Part shown: one piece after another, positions 60,900-64,000 of the stretch | Numbering within the stretch: the first letter of the stretch is position 1 | Layout of the letters: each line of letters starts with the position of its first letter | Source: Candidatus Nomurabacteria bacterium | GTDB taxonomy: Bacteria > Patescibacteriota > Minisyncoccia > Phycocordibacterales > UBA9973 | Direction of reading: 5' to 3' | NCBI GenBank assembly: GCA_943356675.1 | Contig: CALRFQ010000001.1 | Coordinates: forward strand, 4,147-68,146 | DNA: 64,000 nt | The notes under the pieces: generated by a model | Databases searched by the model: none | Told to the model about the DNA's origin: nothing | The model's input: only the letters and a program-made list of their open reading frames with translations | Program-made: the position numbers and the translations under genes

Positions 60900-61391
60900 T
60901 TACTGACCAATGTCTTGAGAATTCTGAGGCATTTCTTTGAAGAATCTTGATTTACGTAGTTGCTCTTCAATGAACCAAAGCACGATAAATATGAAAAGAG
61001 TAAGGATTGTCGCAATAGTAGCTAGATTGTAAAGTCCGAAGCCAGATGCCATACCAATACCTGCCGAGACCCAAAGTCCTGTCGCTGTAGTAAGACCCAT
61101 AAGTTTATTCTCTTTAGTGAAAATAAGTCCCGTGCCGATGAACCCAACACCCACGATTATCTGAGATACAATCATAGTAGGATTGAGCCCTGGAAGTCCT
61201 ATATACATCTTCACAATCTCCTCTGACACAAGCACAAAAAGTGCTGAACCCATAGCTACGAGCGCATATGTGCGCATACCGGCTGTCTTGTGAGCCCAAA
61301 CGCGTTCTATACCGATAATCATTCCTAATATTAAAGCTACACCAAGATGAGTAAGGATATCTAAATTAATAGGGTTTAATAAATTTTGCAT
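60900..61391 (-). CDS. MgtC/SapB family membrane protein
   Basis: IGIER, AGMRTY, QIIVGVGFIGTG, GLTTA. Confidence 0.93.
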   Translation of the reverse strand: MQNLLNPINLDILTHLGVALILGMIIGIERVWAHKTAGMRTYALVAMGSALFVLVSEEIVKMYIGLPGLNPTMIVSQIIVGVGFIGTGLIFTKENKLMGLTTATGLWVSAGIGMASGFGLYNLATIATILTLFIFIVLWFIEEQLRKSRFFKEMPQNSQDIGQ

Positions 61392-61484
61392 ATTTATATA
61401 ATATCAAATTTTTAAACTATTTGTAATACTAGATGTTGATAACGAAAAAGCACTACGGTCAGTAGTGCTTAACAAATGTGATTC

Positions 61485-61895
61485 TTAATGTGCAGAAGGT
61501 ATTTCTTTAGGTAATTCTGCAAGTACTTCAGGTGTGTAATGTTCAAATCTTTTCTTTAAATATTCAATCTCACTTTTAGTTACAGATTCATTAAAGAAGT
61601 TTTCAATAACATTAACAGCTCGAAATGAATTGTATTTGTGAGATACGTTTCTTTTTTCAAGAGGTAAATTATTCAGTATCCGCTTTTCGATTATGGATAC
61701 TACTTTCTGAAGGTCACCTCTATGAATAGTCATGTCGAGATGATGCTCCTCGTCGGTTCTTCTTATTGTTGATCTAATTCCTTCAAAATTTAGCGCATTT
61801 GCTACGTGAGGAAATTCAGTCTTTATATTATGTATGAATACAATAAGGTGTTGATAGGTTTTGTTCTGGTCTTCTTTAAAACTGTGATGGTGCAT
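61485..61895 (-). CDS. Hypothetical protein
   Basis: 136-aa ORF followed by a hairpin (aagcactac..gtagtgctt). Confidence 0.6.
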   Translation of the reverse strand: MHHHSFKEDQNKTYQHLIVFIHNIKTEFPHVANALNFEGIRSTIRRTDEEHHLDMTIHRGDLQKVVSIIEKRILNNLPLEKRNVSHKYNSFRAVNVIENFFNESVTKSEIEYLKKRFEHYTPEVLAELPKEIPSAH

Positions 61896-61948
61896 ACGAA
61901 TATTTTTTTAATTTAAAATATTGTAGAACAAAAACTCAAAAAAGTCAA

Positions 61949-63139
61949 CTATTTTACCACACCACCACCCAAGCAAATATCTTTATCGTATAGAACCACT
62001 GATTGCCCGCTTGCAAGTGCACCATCTGGCTTTTCAAATTTAATTTTTATTTCGTTTCCATTAACTTCAAGAATTTCAACTTTAAGAATTTCGCCATGGT
62101 AGCGAACTTGTGCTAAATATTTTTGCCCAATTTTAATATTTCCACGAATAACGGCATTTGTAAGTGTGACAAATTCATTATTTTTTTTATTTAAATCTTT
62201 ATCATGTGACACAATAAGGGTATTGTTATTTATATCTTTGGCCACGATGTAGTAAGGTGTATCGTTTGGTGTGGTCTTTATGATAGTAAATCCATGTCTT
62301 TCACCAAGTGTGTATAAGAGGACTCCATCGTGAGTGCCTATCTCTTCCCCATCCTCTGTTACCACATTTCCACTGCGCACATTTATGTAATGCTTAAGGA
62401 AGTCCTTCATATCAAGTGGGCCGAGGAAGCACACACCTTGCGAATCTTTCTTTGTAGCTGTCGGTAGATTATATTTTTCTGCCAATTTCCGTACTTCACT
62501 TTTTTTCATATGACCAATAGGAAAAAGTGTATGGGAAAGATCTTCTTCTGTAAGTGTCCAGAGAAAATATGATTGATCTTTTGTAGTATCTTGTGAGCGG
62601 AAAAGAAAATAGTTTTTCGATGCCTCCGCAGGCGCGTAGCTTGGTGTCGTCAAGAGTACTTCTCTTGACGACGAAGCGCCGAGGACTAAGCGAGGACTCC
62701 GCAGGAGCGGCTGAGCGGGCTGAGAAGAATTATTTTCTTTTCCGCTCACAACAGCATAGTGCCCAGTGGCAATAAAATCTGCACCATGCTCTTTTGCAAA
62801 TTTCCAAAAGACACCAAATTTCACTTCGCGATTACACATTACATCAGGATTTGGAGTGCGTCCTTCTTTATATTCTCTTATCATATAATCCGCCACGCCA
62901 CGCTTGTATGCATCTTCTGCATCACACTCAAGGAATGGCACATCTAGTGCTGCACACACCCTCATAGCATCACGCCTTTCATCTTTCCAAGTGCATTCTA
63001 TAAAGTCTGGAGTCCAAGTACGAATAAACACACCGACTACATTGTAGCCAGCTTCTTTAAGAATCGCTAAAGAGACAGAGCTATCAACCCCACCCGAGAC
63101 TCCTACAAATACAGTTTTATTTATCACTTTTCTCTTCAC
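61949..63139 (-). CDS. mnmA: tRNA 2-thiouridylase, with an in-frame insertion
   Basis: SGGVDS, GRTPNPDVMCN, ATGHYA, KDQSYFL, KKDSQGVCF, GQSVVLY; GTG start. Confidence 0.97.
   Translation of the reverse strand: MKRKVINKTVFVGVSGGVDSSVSLAILKEAGYNVVGVFIRTWTPDFIECTWKDERRDAMRVCAALDVPFLECDAEDAYKRGVADYMIREYKEGRTPNPDVMCNREVKFGVFWKFAKEHGADFIATGHYAVVSGKENNSSQPAQPLLRSPRLVLGASSSREVLLTTPSYAPAEASKNYFLFRSQDTTKDQSYFLWTLTEEDLSHTLFPIGHMKKSEVRKLAEKYNLPTATKKDSQGVCFLGPLDMKDFLKHYINVRSGNVVTEDGEEIGTHDGVLLYTLGERHGFTIIKTTPNDTPYYIVAKDINNNTLIVSHDKDLNKKNNEFVTLTNAVIRGNIKIGQKYLAQVRYHGEILKVEILEVNGNEIKIKFEKPDGALASGQSVVLYDKDICLGGGVVK
62591..62751. mobile_element. 161-bp palindromic element in frame inside mnmA
   Basis: Perfect 21-bp terminal inverted repeat ttgtgagcggaaaagaaaata / tattttcttttccgctcacaa; GC-rich structured interior. 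Confidence 0.8.
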
Positions 63140-63175
63140 TCTCTAAAAATACATTAATTATGCTAATATGTCTAT

Positions 63176-63757
63176 ATGGGACGAGCTAATATACTATTTT
63201 CCATATTCCTATTCATTATCTTAATAATTGGCGCAAGAACAGTTCTTGCGCAAACTTATGATTCAAAATCATTTACAGGCACCTGGATACGAGTATCTAC
63301 CACTGGTTCCAAATTATATTTAATGAAAGATCAAAAAGTTGTTAGAACTTATCCTATTTCAATTTCTAAACACGGCATAGGTAACATTTCTGGCAGTAAT
63401 AAAACTCCACTTGGGTTACACGAGATTAAAAAGAAAATTGGTAGCAAATTACCAATCAATTCTATAATCAAGGGTGGTGTCTCAACTGGTAAGACTGCTA
63501 AAATTATAAGTGAACCGATATCAGTAAACACCGACTTAGTCACTACCAGAGTTATGTGGCTCTCAGGGCTTGAACCTGGAAAAAATAAAGGTGGAAAGGT
63601 AGATAGCTACAATCGCTTCATATACATTCACGGCACACCAGAAGAAGGCCTCATAGGCCAGCCAGCATCCCACGGTTGTATCCGAATGTACAACAAGGAT
63701 GTAATTGAACTCTTCAACCTCGTCTCTATAAATACAAAAGTTTTAATTGAAAAATAA
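63176..63757 (+). CDS. L,D-transpeptidase (YkuD family)
   Basis: Signal peptide, KTPLG, IYIHGT, SHGCIRM. Confidence 0.93.
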   Translation: MGRANILFSIFLFIILIIGARTVLAQTYDSKSFTGTWIRVSTTGSKLYLMKDQKVVRTYPISISKHGIGNISGSNKTPLGLHEIKKKIGSKLPINSIIKGGVSTGKTAKIISEPISVNTDLVTTRVMWLSGLEPGKNKGGKVDSYNRFIYIHGTPEEGLIGQPASHGCIRMYNKDVIELFNLVSINTKVLIEK

Positions 63758-64000
63758 TTATTTTTTCTGCCACCTAGCGAAAATACCACAAGGAAGAATT
63801 CTGTTTGTTTCTGATTCTTCGATCCCTAGCTCGCCTATTTCTATAGAGCCTTTATGAGAGCCCATTACGTCTATTAAGCAGTTTTCGTAAGCAATTGGTG
63901 AGTATCCAGCTGTGTAGCCGTTTATGAGTACAAACAGTGGGTCGTCAGACAGGACTTCCTTACACAAATCCATTAGCTCTATGAAGTGCTCTTCAATTTT
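63758..64000 (-). CDS. Class I SAM-dependent methyltransferase, C-terminal part (5' end outside the window)
   Basis: Tail INGYTAGYSP...GEL...LPCGIFARW resembles RlmI/RlmK-like methyltransferases; frame open to the window edge. Confidence 0.6.
   Translation of the reverse strand, partial: KIEEHFIELMDLCKEVLSDDPLFVLINGYTAGYSPIAYENCLIDVMGSHKGSIEIGELGIEESETNRILPCGIFARWQKK

Noticed and set aside
62593-62775. 60-aa plus-strand ORF as an independent gene
   Set aside because: A product of the palindromic insert in mnmA; no promoter or other support. Reported as a property of the element instead.

Overview
A 64-kb, AT-rich, gene-dense chromosomal segment read with the standard code (table 11). Gene content and protein shapes point to Patescibacteria/CPR, probably Parcubacteria (inference): split transketolase, short RF1, short AlaRS, archaeal-type AspRS, PaaX-like protein, FtsA-like plus membrane-anchored gene pair. 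It holds a full F1Fo ATP synthase operon behind tRNA-Ile(GAT), non-oxidative pentose-phosphate genes, scpAB-mraY-ftsW-murG-gltX, several aminoacyl-tRNA synthetases, dnaB-recR, a speA/DHS-like/speB polyamine module, an orphan 7TM histidine-kinase operon, grpE/dnaK/dnaJ, the alpha ribosomal operon and mnmA. No transposase, integrase, phage gene or CRISPR array is seen. The most striking unexplained signal is non-coding. Four 101-116 bp elements with CCCGTTAGA...TCTAACGGG inverted termini each sit between co-directional genes and end exactly at the downstream ATG. Other structured palindromic elements also occur, two of them in frame inside atpG and mnmA. Promoter spacing suggests many transcripts are leaderless. 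All calls come from reading the sequence; no searches were run.
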